Source of the DNA: Rhina ancylostomus
Lineage: Eukaryota
Assembly: GCA_030265395.1 (NCBI GenBank)
Contig: JARFYF010000060.1
Span: 15,292,141 to 15,356,140, forward strand
Direction: 5' to 3'
Length of the DNA: 64,000 nucleotides
In this document: in pieces, positions 40,359 to 51,719 of the stretch
Layout of the letters: each line of letters opens with the position of its first letter
How positions within the stretch are numbered: position 1 is the stretch's first letter
Made by a program: the position numbers and the translations under genes
The notes under the pieces: generated by a model
What the model was told of the DNA's origin: nothing
What the model saw: the letters and a program-made list of their open reading frames with translations, nothing else
The model's database searches: none

Positions 40359-41552
40359 ATTCCATCAGATGTGTAAAATTGGCACATCACTGAAGACTGA
40401 TTGTTGTTGCAGCCTCTTAATTCTCTCTGTCTGTGATGACTGAGCAGTCCATAAAAAATCTAAAAGAGAATTGTTTAAATGGGAGAATCCAACCAAAAAG
40501 ACATCTTTGAATGTGAAAATTGAATCTTGAAAAACAGCAGAGTAAATAGTGGCACATCCCTGCATTTATCCACAAAAGAAAACTCTACAGATTAACCCTG
40601 TGGAGAACAGGCCACTATAGAGGCAGATTCTCCCCAATTCAGATCATGTGGAAATGCTCTCTGCCTATTGAATCTCTTGCAGGGTTCATCAACAGAGAGG
40701 GGTCACTTGTGGTAACCTAGCTCAGACACATCTCATGGTCATCATGCACTGCAGCAAATTTGCACAACTTTCTTGCACAAAGCAGTGGCATTGCATGGCT
40801 CTTTCACAAACTGCAACGACAATGCACTTAACCATATTCTCACCACAAGTTTTCATTACTGTCCCAGAAATCAATGAACCGAACATGACCCAGCTCATGC
40901 CGTGAATGGAACACTCAATCTGAGAGACATGAATCTACATCCGTCTCGGTGTTCCGCACCCATCACCTTTAATTGCCAAACTACACAAACCTACCATTAC
41001 TATCACACTCAGTAATAATTTATTTTTATTCTCTGCATCTGTGCTACTCAACACATTGAATTTCCATATTTCTATTTCCCACTCATTATGTTGATGTTCT
41101 GATCATCTGCTTTCAAATGAATACAGATTGATTCACATGTTAACCAAAACCAACTTCCTGTCCAGGAATGCAAATGGGATTTTACAAATGGATTCAAACT
41201 TCCATCAATCTGTCCATACAAGTTTTCCGATGAATCTGCCATATCCCACTTTGTACCACATGGATATTTATTTCAACTAACACACAAGAAAATTTTAATT
41301 TAAACAACTTTTTAGAACTTTAAGAAATCCTTCTAATCTGACCCAAGGATGTCCCACCTGCCATGAATGGACCTTACAATATTGGCGCAATCTATACCAG
41401 CTCGCACAATTCTATGTGCTCAGACACATCTCACAGTCATCATGCTACCACAAGTGACCCCTCTGTGGTGATGAGCCCTGCAAGAGATTCATACATTGGA
41501 TGGAATAATAGTTACAAAGCAGAGACATACTAGGGAATGGGTACAAAATATC
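40125..41552. repeat. Long inverted repeat, 121-bp arms (40125-40245 and 41432-41552)
   Basis: 4 mismatches in 121 bp by manual alignment; a rearranged third partial copy lies at 40669-40747. Confidence 0.95.
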
Positions 41553-42024
41553 ATCCAGCTCTCTTGTAGTTTAGTTTTGCCATGGTCTCAATAGATGGAG
41601 AAGCCAAACTTTTGTATGCATGTTTGGTTCAAAGGTGCACAAACACACATCTCAGAATGGTTTGCTCTGTGCAACTTACAGAAACTGGTAGACAGCAAAC
41701 TTTTACTTGTCTACTGGTTATTCAAATTACTTCCCAACAGAATGGAGGATCATGATACATGCACCTTATTTTCACATAAATTCATCACTGTTTAGGAAGC
41801 CTAAATTTTCTTTCTCCACTAGAACATGTTCCAANNNNNNNNNNNNNNNNNNNNNNNNNNNNNNNNNNNNNNNNNNNNNNNNNNNNNNNNNNNNNNNNNN
41901 NNNNNNNNNNNNNNNNNNNNNNNNNNNNNNNNNNATGTTCCAACCTATGGCTCATACATTCCTGATCAAAGACCCAATGAAGTTTTCATTCAGTGTAACA
42001 GGTACCTGACAACAATTTCCACAT

Positions 42025-42330
42025 ATGTGTGGCCTTTAATAAAGCCAACACAGCCAAGGGCAATTCATGGGAGCATTAACAAATGAAATATTGATACCAT
42101 CCCACAAAAGGACATATTAAGGCCAAGTAAATCAAGGTGATATGTCTTGAAAGGGAGGCAAGGAAAGGAATTCTAGAGCTTTGGACATTGGCGAGTAAAG
42201 CCATGACTAATAAATGTGGAGCAATTAAATTCATTGCACTCAGGAGGCCATAATTAGATGGGCAAAGATATCTCAGGGTTACAGGGCTCAAAATTGCAGA
42301 GTTAGGGTAGGACGAGATCACAGAAGGATC
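42025..42330 (-). mobile_element. L2 LINE 3' end, decayed
   Basis: gcctttaataaagc...aaggaattctagagctttgg...gtggagcaattaaa resembles L2 tails. Confidence 0.5.
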
Positions 42331-42594
42331 AGAAACTCTCTCTAAAGGCTCCAACACCTCACCCTGTATGGTGGGTAATACTGTATGATGCGTATAACTG
42401 TGTCTCATTGACACGAAACACCATAATTAAGATTTACTTTAACTCAGTACATTTTGGAGTGGCAGTCTTTAATACCCGGGCACTTGCAATTCTATCACCA
42501 GGCATTAATGTTGTACCATACCTCAACCTCACTGAAACAAAGATGGAGTTGGTATAGTCTATTCTTGCAAAAACACAAATAATTAAAAGCAAAA

Positions 42595-43100
42595 GTTAAC
42601 AGACTGTAGGACTAGGGCAAGTAAGTCTTTATTAAAGTGCACAACATATTCGGCTCATCATCCTAATACCAGCTCTTTCATAGAGCTGTCCAATTACTCC
42701 CACTCCCCTACTTCTTCCTCAGAGCCCTATTAATTTATGTCTTTAACTATCTATCCAACTTTCTTTTGAACTTTACAGTTGAGCCTGCTTCCACTACTCT
42801 TTGAGAGAAGATCTTAACAATTTGCATTTAAAAAATTACTCATTGTCACTCTTTTCCTTTGACAATTCCACTGTATCCTCTGGTTTCCAGTAACCTTGCC
42901 AGTCAGAAGGAGTTTCTCCTAATAACTTTATCACAATACTTCATGATTTTGAAACTCCTATCAAATCCTCCCTAATCTTGTCTCCACCAACAACAGCTCA
43001 TGCTTTTCCCATCTCTCCACCAAACTCTAGCCATCTCTGGTACCATTATGGTAAATATATTCTGAATCCTTTAGATTTTGTGAAGTATAACCAGAGTTTT
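42595..43100 (-). mobile_element. Decayed CR1 3' fragment
   Basis: tatccaactttcttttgaa...ctgcttccactactcttt...tgtatcctctggtt pattern shared with other CR1 tails. Confidence 0.55.
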
Positions 43101-43699
43101 AACACAATGCCTACAGAGCACGATAATACACTTAACATACAGCCAGATATTATTGAGATCAGATTATCACTGATATGTGACATGAAATTTGTTATTCAGG
43201 TTACATTTCCTCCCTTGTGGAATGTGAAATTCAAATGTGAAATTTGAAATTTGTTATTCATTCTATATTTCCTCCCTCCCCCCATCAATACATGCTCCAT
43301 TAATCCCCAAAATGATGGGCTTTGCATTGTGCTGGTTATTGTTCATATTAAGCTTTTACCCTTTTGCTTTCTTACCTCTCACTCAGCCCGGACGGTGTAA
43401 CGCTCATTTGGCTCCTCTCACTGATTCCTGTTCTTACAATTTATCCAATTCTCATTTTCTTTCGCAAAACCTGATCGATAACCAATAATCCAAGGAGAAA
43501 TTGAAACCAAATAAAAAACACTGAAAATTTCTTGATGCAGACGCCTGGACAAGTTTGTCCCGCCGCGGCCCCAGGTCGGGAAAGCCTCAGACCAGCTATC
43601 AGGGTTCACAGCCAAGTCCAGGACTAAAACCCATTCCAGGGACTGAGCCCAACCTCAACCCGGACCCCAGTGCTCCCGTCAGTACAGCTCCTGCTGTAC

Positions 43700-43990
43700 C
43701 CTGTACAATATTGATCAGGTATTGACACTGATCAGTTCACCCACCCTGATACTTATGATTCAGTTTTATCCACTGTGGTATCGATCAGTTATTGATTCAG
43801 TCTCATTATCCAGGGCAGCATTGATCAGGGGTTGATTCTTATCGATTCAGTCTTGTTTTCCAGCGCTGCATCTATCACGTATCGAGTTAGTCTCATCATC
43901 CAGTACGAAATCGATATGATATCGATCTTCGGTGCGGATTTCAATGCAGTCTCGGTACCGAAGCCGACGTGGGATCAATCCAGTCTCACC
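43700..43990. repeat. Degenerate tandem repeat (about 35-55 bp units) in a CpG-retaining patch
   Basis: Recurring GATTCAGTCTCATTATCCAG...ATCGATCAG-like units near 43757, 43793, 43844, 43884, 43942 and 43977. Confidence 0.7.
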
Positions 43991-45104
43991 CTCCTGTCGG
44001 TGGGGTGTGGGGGGGTCACATCCGACACGCGGGGGGTTTGGGGGGCGGGGGAGAGGTGGCACTAGCGGGTAGTACCAAGTGCATTTTAAGGGAAGAAAGG
44101 GATTATAGTGAGAGGAACAGAGCTTCACCATGAGCACTCTGAACCGACAAAGGAGACTAAACTTAAATGGCCCAAAAAACATCTGGTTACCTACACAAAA
44201 CCCTAAGATTACAGCAAGGAGGCTTAAGATATAGCCTCATTTTAACCATTCCCATACAGTTTCCAGCATGTGGAGAGAATTAAAATTGGAACTCTTATAA
44301 CACGTACAAGCAAGGAATGACTTTGCTCTGACTAGTTCATCTATTTACAATATTCCTTAACTGCATTTCTGATAGTCCTAAATTTTCATTTAATAGCAAT
44401 TTTGTTTCTTTCTGAAACCATTACAATTTCTACTTCTAAAGTTCATTCTAGTTTTAAAGTGAACTTTTATATAAACTGTTATCCCTTACTATGCACCTAA
44501 ATATTCAGTTTATCTAGGAATTATTGTGCTGATGATTTTGGTGAACTGTCAATTAGTTAGAATATTGGTTCTGCTCCTGTTCAGATTTCTTGAGAATAAT
44601 CCCATATAGCACATAAACCACATCAACCTTCTCTGTGCAAAGTTAAATATTACACTTCTCTTGACTGAACTGCATTTGCCATTTTGCCACTCATTATCCT
44701 TTTAAATTGATTATCTGATTGATAATCGTCATTTTGTCCTGCTCCCAATATGGTGTTTTCTGGTTTTCATACCTGACACAATTCCACAGCACCTGAAGGC
44801 TGGGGCAGGAGTGCAAACTGCCAAAGGACACTGTGTTGTTCCTTGTTCGAGGATTCTCCCTAAAATAAGTGAGAAGCTAACTCAAATATTTCTTGTAAAA
44901 ATTTGGGAAACTTTGGAGAAATTGGTTTATGCAAACATTTTATTCGTGTTTGTTATCCCACTCAGTTGGGAAGGAGTCTCCTCAAGTTTGTTTAAAAGAA
45001 TTCCTCAGCTCTTTCGCTCATCATTTCAAGGGTCTTGTCAACTCCGTATGGACAATTTTAGCCAGGATTCCAGTTTTCCAAAATGTCTTTGATCTATTTT
45101 ATGA

Positions 45105-45535
45105 ACATGATAGGTTGAGTGAGCTAGGGCTTTTCTCTTTGGAGAGAAGGAGGATGACAGACAACTTGATAGAGGTGTACAAGATGATAAGTATCATAGA
45201 ACGAGTGGACAGTCAGAGGCTTTTTCCCAGGCTGAAAATGGCTGACACGAAGGGGCATAATTTTAAGATGAGGAAGATATAAGGGGGATGTCAGAGGTAA
45301 GTTTTTTACACAGAGAGTGGTGGATGCATGGAACGCACTGCTGCCAGAGGTTGTGGGGGCAGATACATTAGAGATATTTAAGGGACTCTTAGATAGCCAC
45401 ATGAATCATAGAAAAATGAAAGGCTATGTGGGAGGGAAGGGTTAGATAGATCTTAGAGCAGGATGAAAGGTTGGCACCACATCCTGGGCCAAAGGGCCTG
45501 TACTGTGCCGTATTGTTCTCAGTTCTGCTCTAAGT
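45105..45535 (+). mobile_element. CR1 3' fragment
   Basis: DRLSELGLFSLERRRMTDNLIEVYKMI...TKGHNFK, followed by the tail. Confidence 0.92.
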
Positions 45536-45747
45536 TCAGGTGAAATATCCTATTTCTTAAAAGGAGGGTAGACGTTGAAGGAGCAGTTACGCTTGGTGAT
45601 TGGGAGGGCTGGCTTGGATGACTGGGGTAAGTTATACCCAGATTAATGCCTCGGGAATATTTGCCTTAAAGATCCTGAGTATGGGTTTGCTTTAGGCATG
45701 TTTGTTCTTTTTCAAGAAGTAGACCTCAAAACTAAAAAAAAAATCAA

Positions 45748-46018
45748 AAATCAGAATCAAATTTATTATCACTGATTTATATGACATAAAAATTGTTGTT
45801 TTGTGGCAGCAGTACAGTGCAAAGACATAAAATTACTATTAATTACAAAAATAATAAATATTTCAAAAAAAAGAATAATGATGTAGTGTTCATGGACTGT
45901 TCAGAAAGCTGATGGTGGAGGGGAAGAATCTGTTCCTGAGTCGTTGAGTGTGGGTCTTCAGGCTCCTGTACCTCTTCCCTGATGGTCGTCACGAGAAGAA
46001 GGCATGTCCCAGATGGTG
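45748..46018 (-). mobile_element. Rex1/Babar-type LINE 3' end, cut by an assembly gap
   Basis: Minus strand HLGHAFFS..PSGKRYRSLKTHTQRLRNRFFPSTISFLN, typical of the Rex1 C-terminus; (TCTGAT)-like tail. Confidence 0.8.
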
Positions 46019-46118
46019 NNNNNNNNNNNNNNNNNNNNNNNNNNNNNNNNNNNNNNNNNNNNNNNNNNNNNNNNNNNNNNNNNNNNNNNNNNNNNNNNNN
46101 NNNNNNNNNNNNNNNNNN

Positions 46119-46870
46119 AGAGGAGGGCAGGCTCCGGCCGCAGGCCCGGGCTCTGGGCACAGGGCGCCCGGGGGAACTCCCGCACTGGACACTCGCTCTG
46201 GACTCTAGCCGCCTGGCTCGGTCGCCCTAGGCCCGGTGCGCCAGGCCAGGCCTGCGCCGCTCTAGGGCCCCGGCTGGTGGTGGGTTGTCGGTGCCGGCCC
46301 TCCGCTCGCCCCCGCTCCTGCCTCACTCTCCCGGCTCCATCCCGAGCCCGGCGCTCGCTTCACTCCCGGATCCAATCCGGTGCTGGGGAGGAGGAGGAGG
46401 AGGGGGTCGCTTCCTGTTGTCGCTGATCCTCGGGGCTGCGCTGGATGCGGCCGGGCCGTGGACTGAGGTGGGGAGGGGAGGAAGGGGGTGACTTCGAGTG
46501 CGGCTCTGCCTCGCCGCCGCTCCGGTTCCAGCTCCTGCTCCGGATCGGCTCCCGGTTCCGCTCCGGTTGTTACTTTGTTACTTCGCTCGAACCGCTTCAC
46601 CTCCGGCCGCTCCGTCCTCCGCCGCCGCTGCGCCGCTCCGCCCGGCCCAGCGTCGCTCCCTCCGCGCAAAGTAATCCCAGGACAGGAACCGGCAGCGAAA
46701 CCCGCCGACTGCCCCGCACCTCCAGCCCCCTCCGAGGGACCTGGTCACGGCCCGTTCCAACCTCCAGCCGCTGGCCTTAAATGAGGAGGAGGTCGGCTTT
46801 AGGCGACCTGCTGGAAGTAAGAGAATCGAACAAAATCATTGGAGATCAGTCCCCGTCCAGACCTGCTGTC
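46119..46870. promoter_or_regulatory. CpG island; probable promoter and first exon of an unidentified gene
   Basis: Abrupt very high GC and CpG density in otherwise CpG-depleted DNA; GC box CCGCCC near 46638, CCAAT at 46372, ETS-like CTTCCTG near 46410, kB-like GGGAGTTCCC (46172-46181, minus). Confidence 0.85.
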
Positions 46871-47833
46871 AGTTCCCAGAGGGGAACCAGGACAGCTATT
46901 CAGACATGGGGGGCAGCACACATGGTTCTGGTCCCACCCCTGCGCTGGATCTGGACAGATACCAACCGAAGACAAAAGCTGGGATCTTCCTGGTTAAAAT
47001 ACACGCAGAGCTTTGAAGGATTGTGGCTTACTTTGCCCACGTTTATAATGGGAATTGTTGGTGTTATTCGGTAAGTCCCACAAACGTACTACAAGCCCCT
47101 GAGGCGGGGCTGGTGGTTTGTCATTTCAGCCTGACACGTTAACATTGGATTTTTTTTAATACATGCCCATTTCTAAATAGATATCTCTATAGATATATCA
47201 TTCAAAAATTATAGCTCTAAAAATAACGACTGAATTATGCATATTATCCCTGCTGTCTCATTTTTCCATCTGAAGTCTATGCATCGATATGATACCCCAG
47301 CTTTAACCCTTAAATGATTCCTTGTACATGAACAAGTCTATTTATAAGTATGACATAAAGTAATAAGGATGTTTATATTGGACGGAAGCCATGACAGGAA
47401 ACAAGACGACATCAAATGCTATTGCCATGCCCTTTGAGCTACTGAGATCAGTGAGTTTTCTGCCTCACGTAAAAGCCCAAATGTTAAGGGACAGAAGGCG
47501 AGTCAATTATGGTAAAGTCAAAGACTTGTACAGAGGCCAATGGGTTCCTTTCTTTCTCAAGTCCTTGAATATGTGTCACCATCCAAGTCCATGATGTTTT
47601 CCTGCAGTGCCATGTGTAAATCTCTCCAATCAGACTTCCACCTCCACCACTGCACAACCCACATCAAGGTCACAAGTGACACCCCACCTGAGCCTCACTA
47701 TGGAANNNNNNNNNNNNNNNNNNNNNNNNNNNNNNNNNNNNNNNNNNNNNNNNNNNNNNNNNNNNNNNNNNNNNNNNNNNNNNNNNNNNNNNNNNNNNNN
47801 NATTCAGTTCTTCTCTGTCCAACTGTATCCAGA

Positions 47834-48854
47834 GAATCATTTTCCCCAATTTCCTGCTGTTAGTGTGTCTTCATTGTAGCCCCAATGCTGAGAAATTCAG
47901 TGTATTTTTCTCCCTTCATATCCTGAATGGTTTGACTCCAGACTGGGTAAAGTGACTTATTTCTTTGTGATTGAAGTGGCTTACTGTGGTGTTGGATTCT
48001 GTATGGATACCAGGCTCTATTTGGGGTCACATTCCCTGCAGGTTTTGGCTCCAAAAACTTCTCTTTTCCCATTTATGGACCTTTACCTCTGGTGTCCACA
48101 CAGATCCTACTTTGCCCCCCCCCACTAGTTTTGATTTGCTCCTCAGTAAATGAAATCAAGTCTCACATGTACATTAGCATCACCCAGCTCTGCCTCACCA
48201 TTATCTCACTCAGTGAAAATCAAAGAAAACTGCAGATGCCAGAAATCTGAAATGAGAACAGAAGATGCTCGAAACACTCAGCAGGTCAGGCTGCACCTGT
48301 GGGAAGAGCAACAGAACTAATGTTTCTTCGTTAGAGGTTTTTGACCTGAAACATTACCTCTGTTTGTCTTCCCACATATGCGGGGCCTGACCTGCTGAGT
48401 ATTTCCAGAATTTTCTGTTTTCATTATTTCAACCCATCCTGTTCCAATTTAAGTACACCTCCTTGATTTTAATCGGTCAACCAATGGTGACTATGCCCCC
48501 AGCTGCCTGGCCCTGATTCCCTCTCTAAATCTCATTGTCCCCATAAAAGTATCAGCTATAATATCTCATTATTTGGTGCAATAATGAAGACAATGTTAAT
48601 AGTGCTAATATAAATGAAAGTTTTTGTTGTATATGGAGCCAAAACCTGCAAGGAATATAACCCTAAAACAGAACCCAATATCCATGAAGACCCTAATGCC
48701 ACAGTAAGCCACTTTAATCACAAAGAAACAAGTCACTTTACCCAGCCTGGAGTCAAACTGTTCAGTATATGAGAGAAGAAAAGTACACTGAATTTTCTCT
48801 CAAATACTGGGGCTACAATGAATACTCATCAACAGCAGCAAATGGGGGAGATTC
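47834..48854. repeat. Long inverted repeat, arms of about 220 bp (47834-48053 and 48634-48854)
   Basis: For example gtttgactccagactgggtaaagtgacttatttctttgtgattgaagtggcttactgtgg versus ccacagtaagccactttaatcacaaagaaacaagtcactttacccagcctggagtcaaac; roughly 80% identical by eye. Confidence 0.9.
48221..48421. mobile_element. Palindromic pLTR element with a probable TSD
   Basis: actcagcaggtcaggc versus gcctgacctgctgagt; flanks cattatctca (48199) and cattatttca (48422). Confidence 0.8.
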
Positions 48855-49899
48855 AGTTTCCCTTAGATTGCCATCCAATTTCTGACTTCCAGAATTTCAG
48901 AAGTCTGGGTGAGATTCTCTATTCTCTCTTCCAGCTGGTTTAAGAGGTTTCTCCAAATGAACTTCAGCAGCCATTTAATCACACTTGGACATGGGCAAGC
49001 AGTCAGGGAACATGCCAATTGCAAATGCTGCATCCACATCAGAAAGGATGAATAAACCATGTCAACTGGTGTCAGTACAAAACTGAGGCACCGATAGTGG
49101 TGGTGTTAAGGTGGGGGCAGTTGTCACACGAGAGACCATTTTCAAAACAAGATTACTTCTCACTTAGAGAAGTATATGTTTACAATGGCCAGCTGGCACA
49201 AATTTGTTAGAGGCAAATCATGGCTACCTGACCTCATTGATTTCTTTGTTGGTAAAGATGGCACAGTAGATGTTTTGTATTAAAAGGGATGGTGGCAACT
49301 TGGACATAAAATTAGATAAAGCACGGGGGGTAGAGAGTAATTTTTCTGACTGAAGGAAAGATGCCATGGAGTCTCCCAGAAATTCACTACAGGACTAATG
49401 ATTTTCTTATTTATGTTTATTAATTTACAAGATGTGGGCATCACTGAAGATCAGCACTTATTGTCCAGTCCTAATTAAGCAGGAGAAGCTGGTAGTGAGC
49501 CACCTTCTTGAACTGTTGCAGTCTATTATTCTTGCTGAAATGTTGCACTTCAATCTCAACAAACTTGCAGGAGTTGAAATGCTCTTCAGAACTAATGGGA
49601 AACTTTACCCCGGTGACTGCACTCCAGAATCAAAGTCTCTTGAATCTTAGTAGTCAAGCATTTGTGTATGCTCAGCGACAGAGGCCTGAGCCATGGTCAA
49701 CTCTTTCAACAAAACATACAAGAGGAAGGGCTTTACACCCAAATCCATAAGACTAAGGTCCTCTACTAACCTGTCCATGCTGCACCACACTCTGACAGTA
49801 AAGGTGCATGGTGAGAACTGGACAACATGAAGCTCCTTCCATTTTGGGGAGCCACCACTCAGTGAAAGCAATGATGAACTTCACTAGTGCTTTCAGACT

Positions 49900-50675
49900 T
49901 TGGTTGATTGAGGAAAAGGGAGTCTGAAGATCAAGTCAACAGTGATCCCTGTCCTATTTATTTCCTACCTACAGCAGGCATCTCAAGACACTGGAAAAAT
50001 ACTACCAATGCTTGGCAAGTTGGGTGAGTGGTAGTTTGTCAGGTGATGCACTTCTTCTACCACTTATGGGTTTCTGTGTACATATCATGGACTTGAGGTC
50101 CTCAATAGCACTCCAATTACTCTGGTTCCACTTTGAACGGTCATAGGACAGAGATCCCCAGGACTCATTAGGGTGTTGCAAGATAGTCCAAAATCACTAG
50201 AAGGACAAATATACCAATGTCAATGTCTCTCCTGGGCCAATATCCCCAGCACTGAGGCCCAAGTTACAATCAGTTGGCTAAGTTGGGAAGGGCGTCTCAC
50301 TCACATACATGACATCATACTCCTGTATCCTGAGCCCTGTCATGTGAAACATTACCAGGTGGTTGGACAAAAAGATTCAAGAATCCACTCAAATCCTCCC
50401 AAGGAATCTCTACTGACTGACTTCTGGGAATCTCTGGCCCATGACAGTTGGAAATGGAAAAGGAACATTTGAATGCTATTGGTGATGTCAAGTCCATGTA
50501 CCTGGAGCTCACAGAAGTCCTATGTAAGTGGCGGAAGGAGTGCAGCACCTTATAAGCCACAACTCACCTGCCTCATCTATGGAAGAGTGTACAGTTCCTA
50601 CTTAGACCACATGTCACCTCAGAACCCACAGACCTGGCATGGAAGCAGGCCATCCTCAATGCCAAGGGTCTAAGA
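49900..50675 (+). mobile_element. RTE LINE 3' fragment containing an inverted copy of its own downstream part
   Basis: RHLKTLEKYYQC, ANIPSTEA, WESLAHDSWKWKRNI; about 50014-50178 is an inverted copy of about 50405-50575. Confidence 0.75.
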
Positions 50676-50919
50676 AGAGCTCTCACCATGCTTTGCATTG
50701 TGAATTCTAAGATTTAGATCAAACAATGAACAGCAATGTATTTCTAAGTCAGGATAGAATTCATTTGTAGGGGGAGGTGGCATTCTTACATATCTGCTGT
50801 CCTTGAGGTTTTAGGTGGTTGAAGTTGCAGATTTGGAGGATGCTGTCAAAGAAGTTTTGGAAGGGAACAGCAGTGGTTTTGAATATAGTACACATTTAAG
50901 CCACAGTGTCCCTGGTTAT

Positions 50920-51715
50920 AGAATCAAATAGCATGGAAACAGACATTTGGGTGCATCGTGCCCATGCCAACTAATGAGTATTATCTATACTAATCCCATT
51001 TTACAGCACTCAACCCATAGCCTTCCATGCCTTGGTATTTCAAGTGCTCATCTAAATATTTCTTAAATGTTGTGAGAGTACCTGATTCCACTATCCCCTC
51101 AGGCAGTGTATTCTAGATTTCAACTGGAAAAAACTCTTCCCCACGTGCCCACTAAGTCTTTTACCTCTTACCTTGTGTCCGAGGTCATAGATATCTTTTA
51201 CCTCTTATCTTGTGCCCTAGGTCATAGATATCTTTGTTAAGGGAAATCTTCATCACTATCTACCTTATAATGTTGTACACCTCAGTCAGGTCCTCCCCTT
51301 CAGCCTTCTCCACTCCAAAGAAAACAAACCCATCCCATCCTGTCTCTCCTCATAGCTGACACACTCCACCCCAGGCCACATCCTGATGAATCTCCTCAGC
51401 ATCTCTGTGCATTCACATTCTTCTGATGGTGTGGCAACCAAAATAGTCCAACTGTAGCCTAACTAATATTTTATTAAGTTGTGCCATAACCTCCTTGCTC
51501 TTATATTCTATGCCAGCTAGTGAAGGCAAGTATCCTGCATGCCTTAACTACCTTGCCTGTGTTAATACCTTCTGGAATCAGTGGCCATGTACACCAAGAT
51601 TCCTCTGTTCCTCAGTACTTCCTAGAGTCCTACCTTTCATGTGTATATCCCACATGAATCACCTCACATTTTTCAGGATTAAGTTTTATTGGCCAAACCT
51701 CTGCCCAATATTTCA
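50920..51715 (-). mobile_element. CR1 3' fragment
   Basis: Tail atagcatggaaacagacatttggg; ccttctccactccaaagaaaacaaaccc = GLFSLEWRR; internal tandem duplication of about 37 bp near 51157-51236. Confidence 0.8.
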
Positions 51716-51719
51716 TGTG

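Noticed and set aside
43700-43990. CRISPR-like repeat-spacer array
   Set aside because: Repeats are degenerate, the intervening segments resemble each other, spacing is irregular, no cas genes are present, and the context is vertebrate.
45843-46784. Overlapping Arg/Pro/Gly/Ala-rich ORFs
   Set aside because: Expected from stop-poor GC-rich sequence and N runs; no domain recognised.
46119-46870. Assigning a gene symbol to the CpG-island gene
   Set aside because: No coding sequence could be recognised, so any name would be a guess.
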